NCBI GenBank assembly: GCA_022449565.1
Contig: JAKUSA010000010.1
Coordinates: 3 to 64,002, forward strand
Source: Acidimicrobiales bacterium
Lineage (GTDB): Bacteria > Actinomycetota > Acidimicrobiia > Acidimicrobiales > MedAcidi-G1
Length of the DNA: 64,000 bases
Direction of reading: 5' to 3'
In this document: positions 36,012 through 45,649 of the stretch, piece after piece
Position numbering within the stretch: position 1 is the stretch's first letter
Layout of the letters: each line of letters opens with the position of its first letter
Translations under genes and position numbers: made by a program
Notes under the pieces: generated by a model
What the model was told of the DNA's origin: nothing
The model's input: only the letters and a program-made list of their open reading frames with translations
Database searches by the model: none

Positions 36012-36791
36012 ATGGATGTCGTCGTGTGCGTGAAACAGATTCCCGATCCGGCCGATCCGGGAGAGCTGGATGCCGAGACTAGGACGCTTCGACGAGACGT
36101 CAAGTTGATCCTTGACGAGTCCGATTCCTACGGGGTGGAGATGGCTCTCCAGTTGGTGGACTCTGCCGGAGAGGGCGAGGTACGGCTGGTTTCGATGGTG
36201 CCGAATAGCGAGATGAGTGGACTGCGCACCGCGCTGGCCATGGGAGCGGCGAGCGCCGTGCTGGTGAGCGACGAAGCCCTGGCTGGCTCGGACGCCCTGT
36301 CGACCGCCAAGGTCCTGGCCGCGGCTATCCGACGCAGCGAACCTGACTTGATTCTGGCGGCCACCGAGTCCAGCGACGGTTATACGGGCACCGTTCCGGT
36401 ACAGGTCGCTGAACTGCTGGGCCTACCGTCGGTGACCTTCGGTCGGGAGGTCACAGTGGCCGACGGGGTGGCGACCGTGAAGCGGCAGACCGAGGCCGGT
36501 TACGACGTGGTCGAATGCCCGCTACCTGCCGTGGTCTCGGTGACCGCCGGAGTAGTGGAGCCCCGCTACCCATCCTTCAAGGGAATCATGGCGGCCAAGA
36601 ACAAGCCGGTCGACGAACTGGACCTAGCCGGCCTGGGCATCGACCCGACGACCGTCGGCTGGTCCGGCGCCCGCCAGGAGATTGTTGACGTTGTGGACGC
36701 TGCGGCCCGGGAGTCCGGCGAGGTGGTGGTCGACGAGGGTGACGCCCACGAGCGCATCCTGGCTTTCATGGACGAGCTCAAGGTCCTTTAG
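36012..36791 (+). CDS. etfB: electron transfer flavoprotein subunit beta
   Basis: MDVVVCVKQIPDP N-terminus, about 260 aa, immediately upstream of etfA. Confidence 0.9.
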   Translation: MDVVVCVKQIPDPADPGELDAETRTLRRDVKLILDESDSYGVEMALQLVDSAGEGEVRLVSMVPNSEMSGLRTALAMGAASAVLVSDEALAGSDALSTAKVLAAAIRRSEPDLILAATESSDGYTGTVPVQVAELLGLPSVTFGREVTVADGVATVKRQTEAGYDVVECPLPAVVSVTAGVVEPRYPSFKGIMAAKNKPVDELDLAGLGIDPTTVGWSGARQEIVDVVDAAARESGEVVVDEGDAHERILAFMDELKVL

Positions 36792-36800
36792 GAGGCGACG

Positions 36801-37769
36801 GTGGGATTCTCGAAGATCTGGGTCCATGGCGAGTCCACCGAGGTCGGCGCAGCCACCATCACCCTGGAGCTACTGGCCAAGGCCCGGGAACTGGCCGACG
36901 TGGTGGAGGTGGTCATGGCGGGCGACGCCGACGCGGTGGCCGCCGAGTTGGGCGACCATGGTGCCTCAACTGTCCACACGATCGGTGCCCTCAACGGTGG
37001 CCTGGTCGGGCCACGGCTAGCCTCGGCGATCGCCGCGGCCACCGGGGCCGGTGAGGGCCCCAACGTACTGCTGTGCGGGACCACCTACGACGGACGGGAT
37101 GTGGCCGGCCGACTCTCGGTGAAGCTAGACGTGCCGGTCATCACCAACGTGGTCGACCTGGTCGTTGATGGTGACCGCTTGATTGGCCAGGAGCCGGTTT
37201 TCGGCGGAACCAAAGACGTGTTCACAGGGTTCATTGGCGACGGACCGGCCATCTTCCTAGTGCGACCCAAGTCGTTCCCGGCTGAACCGTCCGGTGGCCC
37301 GGCCGCCACGGTGGCCGGCCTGGAGGTCGGCGACCTGGGCGGCACCGGCGGCGCGATGGTCGGAGAACGCTTCGCTGAGGAGAGCACTGGGCCTCGTCTG
37401 GACGAGGCGAACATCGTTGTCTCGGGCGGCCGCGGTCTCGGCGACGCCGAAAAGTACGAGATGATCGAGACTCTGGCCCGCTTGGTCAAAGGCGCCCCCG
37501 GAGCCTCGCGGGCCGTAGTGGACGCCGGTTGGGTTCCCTACGCCTACCAGGTCGGTCAGACCGGCAAGGTGGTCAAACCCACCGTCTACCTAGCCTGCGG
37601 GATCTCTGGTGCGACCCAGCACCTAGTGGGGATGAAGGGCTCAGCCAACATCATCGCCATCAATAAGGACGCAGAGGCGCCAATATTCGGCATCGCCGAC
37701 CTGGGTATCGTCGGAGACGTGCACAAGGTGCTCCCGAAACTCATCGAGGCCCTAGAGGCGCGGGCCTGA
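36801..37769 (+). CDS. etfA: electron transfer flavoprotein subunit alpha
   Basis: aggagg SD before GTG 36801. C-terminal FAD-binding motif [16 protein letters not shown]. Confidence 0.9.
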   Translation: MGFSKIWVHGESTEVGAATITLELLAKARELADVVEVVMAGDADAVAAELGDHGASTVHTIGALNGGLVGPRLASAIAAATGAGEGPNVLLCGTTYDGRDVAGRLSVKLDVPVITNVVDLVVDGDRLIGQEPVFGGTKDVFTGFIGDGPAIFLVRPKSFPAEPSGGPAATVAGLEVGDLGGTGGAMVGERFAEESTGPRLDEANIVVSGGRGLGDAEKYEMIETLARLVKGAPGASRAVVDAGWVPYAYQVGQTGKVVKPTVYLACGISGATQHLVGMKGSANIIAINKDAEAPIFGIADLGIVGDVHKVLPKLIEALEARA

Positions 37770-37797
37770 TCGGGGGGCGGCGGCCGGATCCGTCGTC

Positions 37798-38571
37798 TCA
37801 GAGCAGCGGCCAGGGGATCCGTCGCCCCGACGGGTCGGCGGGAAGGTGGGCTTCCTCCAGAAGCGCCCGGGCCCTGGCCAGTACGGCATCGGTTTCGAGG
37901 GTGTTCAGGAGTCGGGCCAGCGGTTCGGGCACTCCCTTGTCGACCAGGCGGCGAAGGTCGTCGAGCAGTCTTTCGGGGACCGGCCAGCCGGCGAAGTCCC
38001 AGATCACGGTCCGGACCTTGAACTGGTGGTGGAAGCAGAGAGCGTTGTCGACCGCCCACAGTTGGCCGTCGTGACCGGCCAGCACGTGCCCGGACTTGCG
38101 GTCCGTGTTATTAGCCACCATGTCGAAGGCGGCCAGGCGGACCAGTTCGTTAGCGCGGCGGGGGTCGTCGTGGAGCGTGAAGTAGTGCTCGTCGTAGTCG
38201 CAGGGGACGAGGAGTTGCACCGACCCCTCGCCGAGGGGCCCGTCGCGCACCACGGTGGGTGGTACGAGGTTCCAGCCGAGATAACGGGCTAGTTCGTAGG
38301 CCGCGGCCTCCCGGCGGTACAGACAGGGTGGGAAGTCGTGGAGGCTCCGTTCCCCCCGTCCCGGCTTGTAGACCCCCTGGAGCAGTTGGTCGCCCCGCCG
38401 GGCGTCGACCAGGAAGGTGCTGTTTGACGACCACGGCATGCGGCCGAGGATCTCCAAGTCAGCCTCGAGGAGAATCTCGGCGGCTAGGTCCTCGTCGACG
38501 GGGCCGCGGTCGCGGAACGGACTGGGGTCCTCCGGTGGGGAGCCGGGCGTTGTGGCGGGCTCAGTTGACAC
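37798..38571 (-). CDS. SCO1664-family protein (PI3/PI4-kinase-like fold), uncharacterised
   Basis: [55 protein letters not shown] matches the family pattern I recall. GTG 38571 overlaps the DUF3090 stop by 11 nt. Confidence 0.7.
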   Translation of the reverse strand: MSTEPATTPGSPPEDPSPFRDRGPVDEDLAAEILLEADLEILGRMPWSSNSTFLVDARRGDQLLQGVYKPGRGERSLHDFPPCLYRREAAAYELARYLGWNLVPPTVVRDGPLGEGSVQLLVPCDYDEHYFTLHDDPRRANELVRLAAFDMVANNTDRKSGHVLAGHDGQLWAVDNALCFHHQFKVRTVIWDFAGWPVPERLLDDLRRLVDKGVPEPLARLLNTLETDAVLARARALLEEAHLPADPSGRRIPWPLL

Positions 38572-39061
38572 AGGGGCACCATCCGTTGGCTGCCGGGTCC
38601 AGGGGCGCCCCGCAAAGTGGGCAGGGGTCACGGCCGGCCTCGATGAGCACTCGAGCCCTCGCGACAAAGGCCACCACCTGGGCTCGGCTCAGCGGGAAAC
38701 GGGCGTGGGCGGGTTGGACGTCCTCGTCACGCACTAGTTCCTCTGCGAAGAGCACGAGCCGGTCGGAGGACTGGTGGTAAGTAACACCGAGGTTGCCGAT
38801 CACCCAGTCGGGCTCGCCTGGGTCGTCGAAGTCGGCCTCATCGGCTGCGTTGTCGGATTCGCCGCCGGGAACCGGCGGGAGGTCGTTGAGCATTTTGTCG
38901 AGAAACTCGGCGAGGCCGGCCACCTGCTGCTTCTCAAGCTTCAATGACACCACTTGGTCGGTGTGACGGGCCTGGAGGAAGAACACCCGCCGACCCCGGG
39001 GGCCCACCGTGCCGGTGGTAAAGGCGTGGGTGTCGTCCCAGTTAATCTCGGGCCGGTCCAT
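38561..39061 (-). CDS. DUF3090 domain protein, uncharacterised
   Basis: FTTGTVGPRGRRVFFLQARH...SLKLEKQQVAGLAEFL plus a C-terminal Cys cluster [20 protein letters not shown]. Confidence 0.75.
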   Translation of the reverse strand: MDRPEINWDDTHAFTTGTVGPRGRRVFFLQARHTDQVVSLKLEKQQVAGLAEFLDKMLNDLPPVPGGESDNAADEADFDDPGEPDWVIGNLGVTYHQSSDRLVLFAEELVRDEDVQPAHARFPLSRAQVVAFVARARVLIEAGRDPCPLCGAPLDPAANGWCPCVN

Positions 39062-39073
39062 CGGTGGCTGACG

Positions 39074-40444
39074 CTACCGGTGCCCGGCCTGCAACTGCTG
39101 TGCCCGGGCAGCGGCCATGTGGTCGAGGTAGACGGTCATCTCCTGGGTGTTGGAGGCCGGGTCGAGGATCCGGGCCCGGTAGACGTCGATGACGAGTTGG
39201 GGGACCTCCGGGTGGTCGGGTTGGGCGTACCAGGCCCAGTCGGCCAGATGGCAGGCCTGGGTCAAGTCGTGGTCGATCAGCGTCCGGGCCACCTCGACCA
39301 GCGAGTCGACGCCGCCGGCCAGGGCGGCGATGGTCCTGGCCTGGTCGGCGACGGGAGCCGGCGACCAGTGGGAGGGGATGTCGTCCCACCAGCCGGTCCA
39401 TCGTTTAAGCACCATGCGGGCGATGTCCTGGGGGGAGACGTAGGTGACGGCCAATGTCGGGTGGTCGGCAAAGCGGGCCGGCCAGTTGAGGCAGTCGACG
39501 ATCTGGTCCTTGCGGAGGCGGGCGTTTAGCCCGTCAACGACCTGGTCGATGATGTGAGCCAAAGCGTCCGCCAAAATTCTGAGTTCGGAGCGGATCATTT
39601 CCGAGTTGACGATGGCTTCTCCGTGGCCGGGCAGCATCGCCGTGGCCCCCAGGTCGGCCATCTCCCGTAGGGCGATCACCCACTGATCGGTGCCCCTCTG
39701 CACCCGCTTCCCGTTGCCCATGTTGGGCAGGAACCCCTGGTAGTAGTCGGCGGAGTAGAGAGCTTGGCGATCGGGGAGCCACACATAGCACTGATCGTCG
39801 GTCTCGGCCGGGTGGTGTACCAGGTGGACGGTCTCGCCTCCGATGTCGAGCCTCAGTACGTCATCGAATTCCACGGTCGGCCACACGAAGTCCTCCTCGC
39901 TGGCCGGCAGGTGGTCGGGCGGCTGGTTCATGTACCGGGCGACCATGCCGCGGAGTCGCAGGTAATAGGCGAAGCGTTCGGCGACTTTCCGGTGGGCGAC
40001 GATGGCCGGCGGACCGGCGGCCATCGTCGCCTCGTCCTCGAGGAGCGCCCAGGTTCCGTAGGCGTGGTCGACGTGGCCATGGCTGTAGACGATGGTGTGG
40101 ATCGGCGCGTCGGACACGGACCGGATGGCCCCCAGGAGCGCCGGCCCGGCTGGAGCCATTCCGGTGTCGCAGACCAACAACCCAGCGTCGGTTTCGAAGA
40201 CGGCGCTGTTGACGATTGGTAGCCGCATCAACCACGACCGGGGGGCCACCTCGACGACGTGGGCCTTAGCCCGCAGGTCCTCGACGGCCCCAGGATGGTC
40301 CCGGCTGAACATGGCGACCGAGGCGGCCCGGGAGTTCTCCCCGCCGAATGCCCCGCCTTCGGAGATCCTTTCGATCAGAATTGGGTCGTTGCGAATTAGG
40401 TCGATCCGGGCCTCGGTGCAAGCTTCTACGTCGCGTTCGATCAT
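39074..40444 (-). CDS. MBL-fold metallo-hydrolase with alkyl-sulfatase-like dimerisation region
   Basis: HxHxDH motif (YSHGHVDHAYG). The C-terminal helical region resembles the alkyl sulfatase dimerisation domain, and no SCP2-like tail is present. ATG 40444 was chosen; the longer ORF would overlap the upstream gene. Confidence 0.75.
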   Translation of the reverse strand: MIERDVEACTEARIDLIRNDPILIERISEGGAFGGENSRAASVAMFSRDHPGAVEDLRAKAHVVEVAPRSWLMRLPIVNSAVFETDAGLLVCDTGMAPAGPALLGAIRSVSDAPIHTIVYSHGHVDHAYGTWALLEDEATMAAGPPAIVAHRKVAERFAYYLRLRGMVARYMNQPPDHLPASEEDFVWPTVEFDDVLRLDIGGETVHLVHHPAETDDQCYVWLPDRQALYSADYYQGFLPNMGNGKRVQRGTDQWVIALREMADLGATAMLPGHGEAIVNSEMIRSELRILADALAHIIDQVVDGLNARLRKDQIVDCLNWPARFADHPTLAVTYVSPQDIARMVLKRWTGWWDDIPSHWSPAPVADQARTIAALAGGVDSLVEVARTLIDHDLTQACHLADWAWYAQPDHPEVPQLVIDVYRARILDPASNTQEMTVYLDHMAAARAQQLQAGHR

Positions 40445-40487
40445 CGACGTCGGGTCGTCCACCGGGCCTGTCTCCTGGTCTGTCGGT

Positions 40488-41129
40488 CTACACCGAGGTC
40501 GGGCCACTCGGCGGGCCGGTCGAGTTGACGGTGAGCACCATGGGGCGCTCGGGGGTATGGAGCACCATCGACACCGAGGCGGGCCCCACCACGATGCGCT
40601 GAAATAGGTCCAGAGGGGTGCCCAAGGCGCTGGCCAGCGCGGCCTTGATCGGGTCGGCGTGCGAGACACACACGATGGTCCGGCCCGGGTGGCGGGCTAC
40701 TAGTTCCACCACCTGCCCGGTGATGCGAGCCTGCATCTCTGCGAACGACTCGCCGCCGGGGAAGCGGAATGTCGAGGGTTGGCCTTGCACGGTGGCCCAG
40801 GCTTTCAACTTGGCCAGGTCTCCCAGGCGTCGCCCGGTCCAGGAGCCGAACTGGCACTCGTTGAGGCCCCGGGCCGTACGCACTCGCAGGCCCAGTGCCC
40901 GAGCGATGGGCGCCGCGGTCTCCCGGGTGCGCTCCATGGGAGAGGTGTATACGGCGGCTACCCCCTTACCGGGGTATCCGGCCGCAGCCTCAGCCAGTTG
41001 GGCGGCTACCGCCTCGGCCTGTCGACGACCCTTGTCCGAGAGGTGTAGGCCAGGGGCCCGCCCGGGTAGGCGGGCCCCGGTGGTCGGCGTCCTGCCGTGG
41101 CGCACATAGATCACCAGCGTGGAGGCCAT
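40488..41129 (-). CDS. histidine phosphatase family, MSMEG_4193-type putative phosphomutase
   Basis: MASTLVIYVRHGRTPTTG (RHG motif) and VCVSHADPIKA (second His). Sits in the same operon as the DUF3090 and SCO1664-family genes. Confidence 0.75.
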   Translation of the reverse strand: MASTLVIYVRHGRTPTTGARLPGRAPGLHLSDKGRRQAEAVAAQLAEAAAGYPGKGVAAVYTSPMERTRETAAPIARALGLRVRTARGLNECQFGSWTGRRLGDLAKLKAWATVQGQPSTFRFPGGESFAEMQARITGQVVELVARHPGRTIVCVSHADPIKAALASALGTPLDLFQRIVVGPASVSMVLHTPERPMVLTVNSTGPPSGPTSV

Positions 41130-41829
41130 GGGTGAATCAACCTACCCTGCGGCAGTGGACGCCTACCCAGTACTCAATGCCCTCCGCGACGAGGTGGTGG
41201 CTTGCCGTGCGTGCCCGCGCCTGGTGGCTTGGCGGGAGCAGGTGGCGGTCGAGAAGCGGGCCGCCTACCGCGATGAGGACTACTGGGGACGCCCGGTCCC
41301 TGGGTTCGGCGACCCGGCGGCCCGCATCCTCGTCGTCGGCCTGGCGCCGGGGGCCCACGGGGCGAATCGGACAGGGCGGATGTTCACCGGGGACCGATCC
41401 GGCGACTTTCTCTACGGGTCGTTACACCGGGCTGGCCTGGCCAGTCAACCCTCCTCCACTGGCCCGGATGACGGACTGGAGTTGGTCGATGTGTTCATCA
41501 CCTCACCGGTCAAGTGCGTTCCACCGGCCAACAAGCCGACAGCCAGGGAGCGGGCAACCTGTCAGCCGTTCTTCCGACGAGAGGTCGCCGCGTTGTCCAA
41601 GGTACGGGTGGTGCTGGCTCTGGGTTCGATCGGATACCAGGCGGTGGCCGGCGAGTTTGACCTACAGCCCCGGCCGGCGTTCGCCCACGGCCTGGAGGCG
41701 GACCTGCCTGAGGGTCGGACGGTCCTGTGCTCCTACCATGTCAGCCAGCAGAACACCTTTACCGGCCGGTTGACCGAGGCGATGTTCGATGCCGTGCTGG
41801 CCCGGGCGCTGGTCCTAGCCGCCATCTGA
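41128..41829 (+). CDS. udgB: uracil-DNA glycosylase, family 4/5 (UdgB-like)
   Basis: CRACPRL and VGLAPGAHGANRTGRMFTGDRSG motifs. The start is either ATG 41128 or GTG 41119. Confidence 0.8.
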   Translation: MGESTYPAAVDAYPVLNALRDEVVACRACPRLVAWREQVAVEKRAAYRDEDYWGRPVPGFGDPAARILVVGLAPGAHGANRTGRMFTGDRSGDFLYGSLHRAGLASQPSSTGPDDGLELVDVFITSPVKCVPPANKPTARERATCQPFFRREVAALSKVRVVLALGSIGYQAVAGEFDLQPRPAFAHGLEADLPEGRTVLCSYHVSQQNTFTGRLTEAMFDAVLARALVLAAI

Positions 41830-41860
41830 ACACCTACCCCAGCCGGTAGCCTCGCCCCCG

Positions 41861-42223
41861 ATGTTCGCCCGTCGTCGTTCCTACTCCGGACTGGCCGCCC
41901 TGGTGGTCGCGGGGTTCATGGTGGTCAGCTGCGCCAACGATGGCGTTCCAGAGTCTTGGGATGACCAAGCCGACGATTCGGGCCGGGGTCTGGCCATCCG
42001 CCAATTCGAGGACGCCTGTATAGAGGCTAACGACGACCTCCCCTCAGCCCGGTCCCAGTCGCTGTGCGCCTGCGTGGTCGACCGGGTTCAGGACGCTGTG
42101 ACCTACGAGAAGTTCAGGGAACTTGACAGCTTCATCACCAAGCATCGGGACGAGTTGACGGCGGCCATGCTCTCGGAAAACTACGGTTGGTTCACCTCGG
42201 CCGTGGAGGCTTGCGGGACCTGA
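41861..42223 (+). CDS. hypothetical lipoprotein
   Basis: Signal peptide with lipobox MVVSC. Small acidic mature part with 4 further Cys. Confidence 0.55.
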   Translation: MFARRRSYSGLAALVVAGFMVVSCANDGVPESWDDQADDSGRGLAIRQFEDACIEANDDLPSARSQSLCACVVDRVQDAVTYEKFRELDSFITKHRDELTAAMLSENYGWFTSAVEACGT

Positions 42224-42229
42224 TCCCGC

Positions 42230-43387
42230 TCAGCCGACGAGGCTGGCCGGTAGTCCAGCCCGAGCTGTCGGGTCGGCCCAGGTGGGCCATCGGGCTCGGC
42301 TCTTGGCGGAAAGTTTGTGCATGAGGGCGATGGCATCTGGGTCGCTGTCGCCTGGTCGGCCCTCGATCACACCCTCCTCGAGCATCTGCATGATGATCTG
42401 GCGGCCCAGTTCGGTGCGGACCACGGTCAGGGTCCAGTCGCTGTATTTTCCGATCCCACCAGTGGAGATATCGGCGTGTTCCGCGGCGAAGTCGGGGCAG
42501 AAGTTGCAGCCCTCCCGGGTCCAGGCATGGCATTCCTTGAGGTTCACCTCGTGGTAGTCGCCGTTGCGCATCCAGATCTGGAAGACGCCCTTGATGTTCA
42601 TCTTGACCATCTCCTCCTTGGGGAGGCGGTACTTGGCCCAGAACAACTCTTCGAAGATGGCGTCGTCGAAGGACTTGGAGCACAGCAGGCCGATGTTCAA
42701 CTTGATAGGCCGACCGACCTTGCCGACTTTTCGATGCCACATCACCGGTCCGATGGAGGTCTGGCAGCTCATGCCCACGAGGGCCAACGACTCCAGACCC
42801 TGCTCTCGTGCCTCGGCCAGGGCCAGGGTGTTGGCCGAGTAGGTGTAGCGGCTGCCGGCCCCGGCCAGGACAGATTCCCGATCGGTGGCCACAGCCGGGA
42901 CGGCCTTCCAGGCGGCCCGTCCCGCGTCTCCTCCTTCGAGGTGAGAGACGAGCGCCCCGTCGATGACCCCGTTGTCGAGGCACCAGATGAGGATGGCCGA
43001 CACCAGCCCGCCGTCCTGTCCCAGTTCGTGGACGGCGTCGTCGACAGCCCGGGTCAACAGCACATCCTTGTATACGCCGGACATCTCGTCGTCCTGGCGG
43101 CTCCGTCCGAACAGGTGGCGGTCGGCTTCGGTCTCCCAGTCTCGGAACCGGGGGCAGGCCCTGGTGCAGGACGTGCAGCCCTTCTGTCCGTGGACACAGT
43201 CGTCGAGCCCCAACTCCTCCTCAAGGTGGAACGGGATGTATTCGCCCGGGGCGTGGTTGTAGCCGATGACGTCGTGGGGGCAGGCGATCACACAACCAGC
43301 ACAACCGGTGCACAGGCCCGAGTCGATGACCTCGTCGTACAACTCCTTCCACTGGAAGGTCCACCGGGCCTTCGCATCCTCGGCCAT
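42230..43387 (-). CDS. coenzyme F420 hydrogenase/dehydrogenase beta-subunit family protein (FrhB-like) with N-terminal 2x[4Fe-4S] motifs
   Basis: CTGCAGCVIACP and CTSCTRACP ferredoxin motifs, followed by a FrhB/FdhB-like N- and C-domain pattern (LVGMSCQ...NFCPDFAAEHADIS). Confidence 0.7.
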   Translation of the reverse strand: MAEDAKARWTFQWKELYDEVIDSGLCTGCAGCVIACPHDVIGYNHAPGEYIPFHLEEELGLDDCVHGQKGCTSCTRACPRFRDWETEADRHLFGRSRQDDEMSGVYKDVLLTRAVDDAVHELGQDGGLVSAILIWCLDNGVIDGALVSHLEGGDAGRAAWKAVPAVATDRESVLAGAGSRYTYSANTLALAEAREQGLESLALVGMSCQTSIGPVMWHRKVGKVGRPIKLNIGLLCSKSFDDAIFEELFWAKYRLPKEEMVKMNIKGVFQIWMRNGDYHEVNLKECHAWTREGCNFCPDFAAEHADISTGGIGKYSDWTLTVVRTELGRQIIMQMLEEGVIEGRPGDSDPDAIALMHKLSAKSRARWPTWADPTARAGLPASLVG

Positions 43388-43556
43388 TAGACGAACCCTA
43401 CTGGGGGTCCCCGTGGGGTTTGGCCACCGGTCGGGGGTGGCGTGCCCGGGTCGGGGCGACGATGATCGGTCCGGTGGGAGGAGCTAGGACCTCGTGACCA
43501 CCTACACCAGTTTCGACCTCGTCGAGTTCTCCCAGCCACCCGGAACTTCCATTAAG

Positions 43557-43628
43557 CGCCCCTGGCGGGACTCGAACCCACGCACACGGCTCCGGAGGCC
43601 GATGCTCTATCCGCTGAGCTACAGGGGC
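43557..43628 (-). tRNA. tRNA-Arg (anticodon CCG)
   Basis: Manual cloverleaf fold: acceptor GCCCCTG/CAGGGGC; D arm GCTC-AGCGGATA-GAGC; anticodon arm TCGGC-CTCCGGA-GCCGT (anticodon CCG, with a 27:43 U-U mismatch); T arm GTGGG-TTCGAGT-CCCGC; discriminator G. No encoded CCA. Confidence 0.9.
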
Positions 43629-43658
43629 TTGTTGTGTCTTACCTGCAATTCCCCGGCC

Positions 43659-44237
<579 letters not shown>

Positions 44238-44241
<4 letters not shown>

Positions 44242-44540
44242 TCGGACCAGTGTCGCAACAGTTCAAACGAGTAGATACCCGTGCTGTGCCCGTCGTTCCA
44301 GGTGATGTTCACGCCCCAGGCGCCGTGCAACTCGGCATCCGTGATCTGTAGCCGGGTCGGACTGCCATGACGGGGCCAGGCTTCCTCACCGCGTTCCCGT
44401 AGCGTGCGACACGTCGCGCACGGGCACGACAGGCGAAGTCGCATCAGGTCGAAATCCGCCACGTGTCCGTCAGCGAATGTGACAGTTAGCCCCTGGCCCC
44501 GTCTGACGACAAGATCAACGGCGTCGTAACGGTCCTCCAC
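44238..44540 (-). CDS. DUF971 (gamma-butyrobetaine hydroxylase-like N-terminal domain) protein
   Basis: LTVTFADGHVADFDLMRLRLSCPCATC...LHGAWGVNITWNDGHSTGIYSFELL matches the stand-alone DUF971 pattern. Confidence 0.8.
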
Positions 44541-44635
44541 CTGGCCATCATGCCTGCGTGTGTGACGTAGGTCTGGCCACCCACTGGAGGCGGAGATCTA
44601 GTGGGCCTATGACCTTCAGGATCATGGAGGAAGTC

Positions 44636-45649
44636 TCAGTACATCCGGGTGGTGGCCGCCCGTGCGGCTCGGGGCCGGGTCAGCCCCGAGGGTGTAACGA
44701 TCCGGTCGGCCTCAAGCTCTTTGGCCAGGGCGGCGAGATACTGGGCGACAGCAACCGGACCGGAGCGCCCGGCCTCTTCATCAACTACCGGGTTGTAGTT
44801 GGTGTTGGTGTTGATGTCGTAGGTGACGAGTCGCCAATCTTCGGTCTCGATGAATTCGAAGCCTGCAATCCCGATGTCCCAGTAGCGGCAGAACTCCAGA
44901 TAGCGATCAATGATCGGATCGCTGAAGCCCTCACGCCAGTGGAAGAGGCTCGCCGCTGGTAGTGCGTCAGCAGGACACAACTCGAAACTCTTCCTGGTGT
45001 CTTCACACTCATCGGCGGGGCAGAGCTCGAACCCGGCACTCGTGTCGGCGGTGAGGGCATAGAGGAACTCACCACCGACGATCTCGACCCGCGTGATGTA
45101 CCCCTCGGCCGGGTGGACGTATTCCTGCAGCAGTGTGATCCCGTCGACTGGACACTCAAAGTCGGATCCGTCGACATAGTCATCGAAGTCCTCGAAGCGA
45201 TCGAAACGCCGCACCCCTAGGCCCTTGCCGCCCTGGTTGTGCTTGGTGATGAACGGCAGGACCATGCCTCTCGCTCGTGTCTTAAGGTCGTGTCGGCCAA
45301 TCACCGCGACAGTGGACGGGACGTCGAACCCGAAGGCCCGTAGTGCCGTGTGCTGATCGATCTTGCTCATCTCCATCTCCACTACCCGCCGCCCGTTGAC
45401 GACAACGCGGCCGTAGCTCTCGAGCCAACTCAGAACCGACCGTGTGTAGTCCTTGGCTGCGACATGACCCCGGGTGTGCGACGAGGCGCTCATCCGCGAA
45501 TAGAAGACACCCTCCGGCGGCGCGGCGTCGAGGTCGAGAGCACCCTCAACGAGGTACCACTCCTCCCACGCCACTCCCTCGACATCGAGCGCGTCAGCAA
45601 AGGGAGGCAGCCACTCCGAGTTCTCGTGGATCACGAAGACCTTGGACAT
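44636..45649 (-). CDS. ATP-grasp domain protein (RimK-like)
   Basis: LPFITKHNQGGKGLGVRRF, LLQEYV and ITRVEIVGGEFLYA are spaced as in RimK-type ATP-grasp ligases. The start is ATG 45649 or GTG 45661. Confidence 0.7.
   Translation of the reverse strand: MSKVFVIHENSEWLPPFADALDVEGVAWEEWYLVEGALDLDAAPPEGVFYSRMSASSHTRGHVAAKDYTRSVLSWLESYGRVVVNGRRVVEMEMSKIDQHTALRAFGFDVPSTVAVIGRHDLKTRARGMVLPFITKHNQGGKGLGVRRFDRFEDFDDYVDGSDFECPVDGITLLQEYVHPAEGYITRVEIVGGEFLYALTADTSAGFELCPADECEDTRKSFELCPADALPAASLFHWREGFSDPIIDRYLEFCRYWDIGIAGFEFIETEDWRLVTYDINTNTNYNPVVDEEAGRSGPVAVAQYLAALAKELEADRIVTPSGLTRPRAARAATTRMY

Noticed and set aside
43557-43628. tRNA-Arg as an integration site for the low-GC island.
   Set aside because: The island lies on the 5' side of the tRNA gene. 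I found no integrase or recombinase gene and no direct repeat of the tRNA 3' end by eye. I kept it as a compositional observation only.
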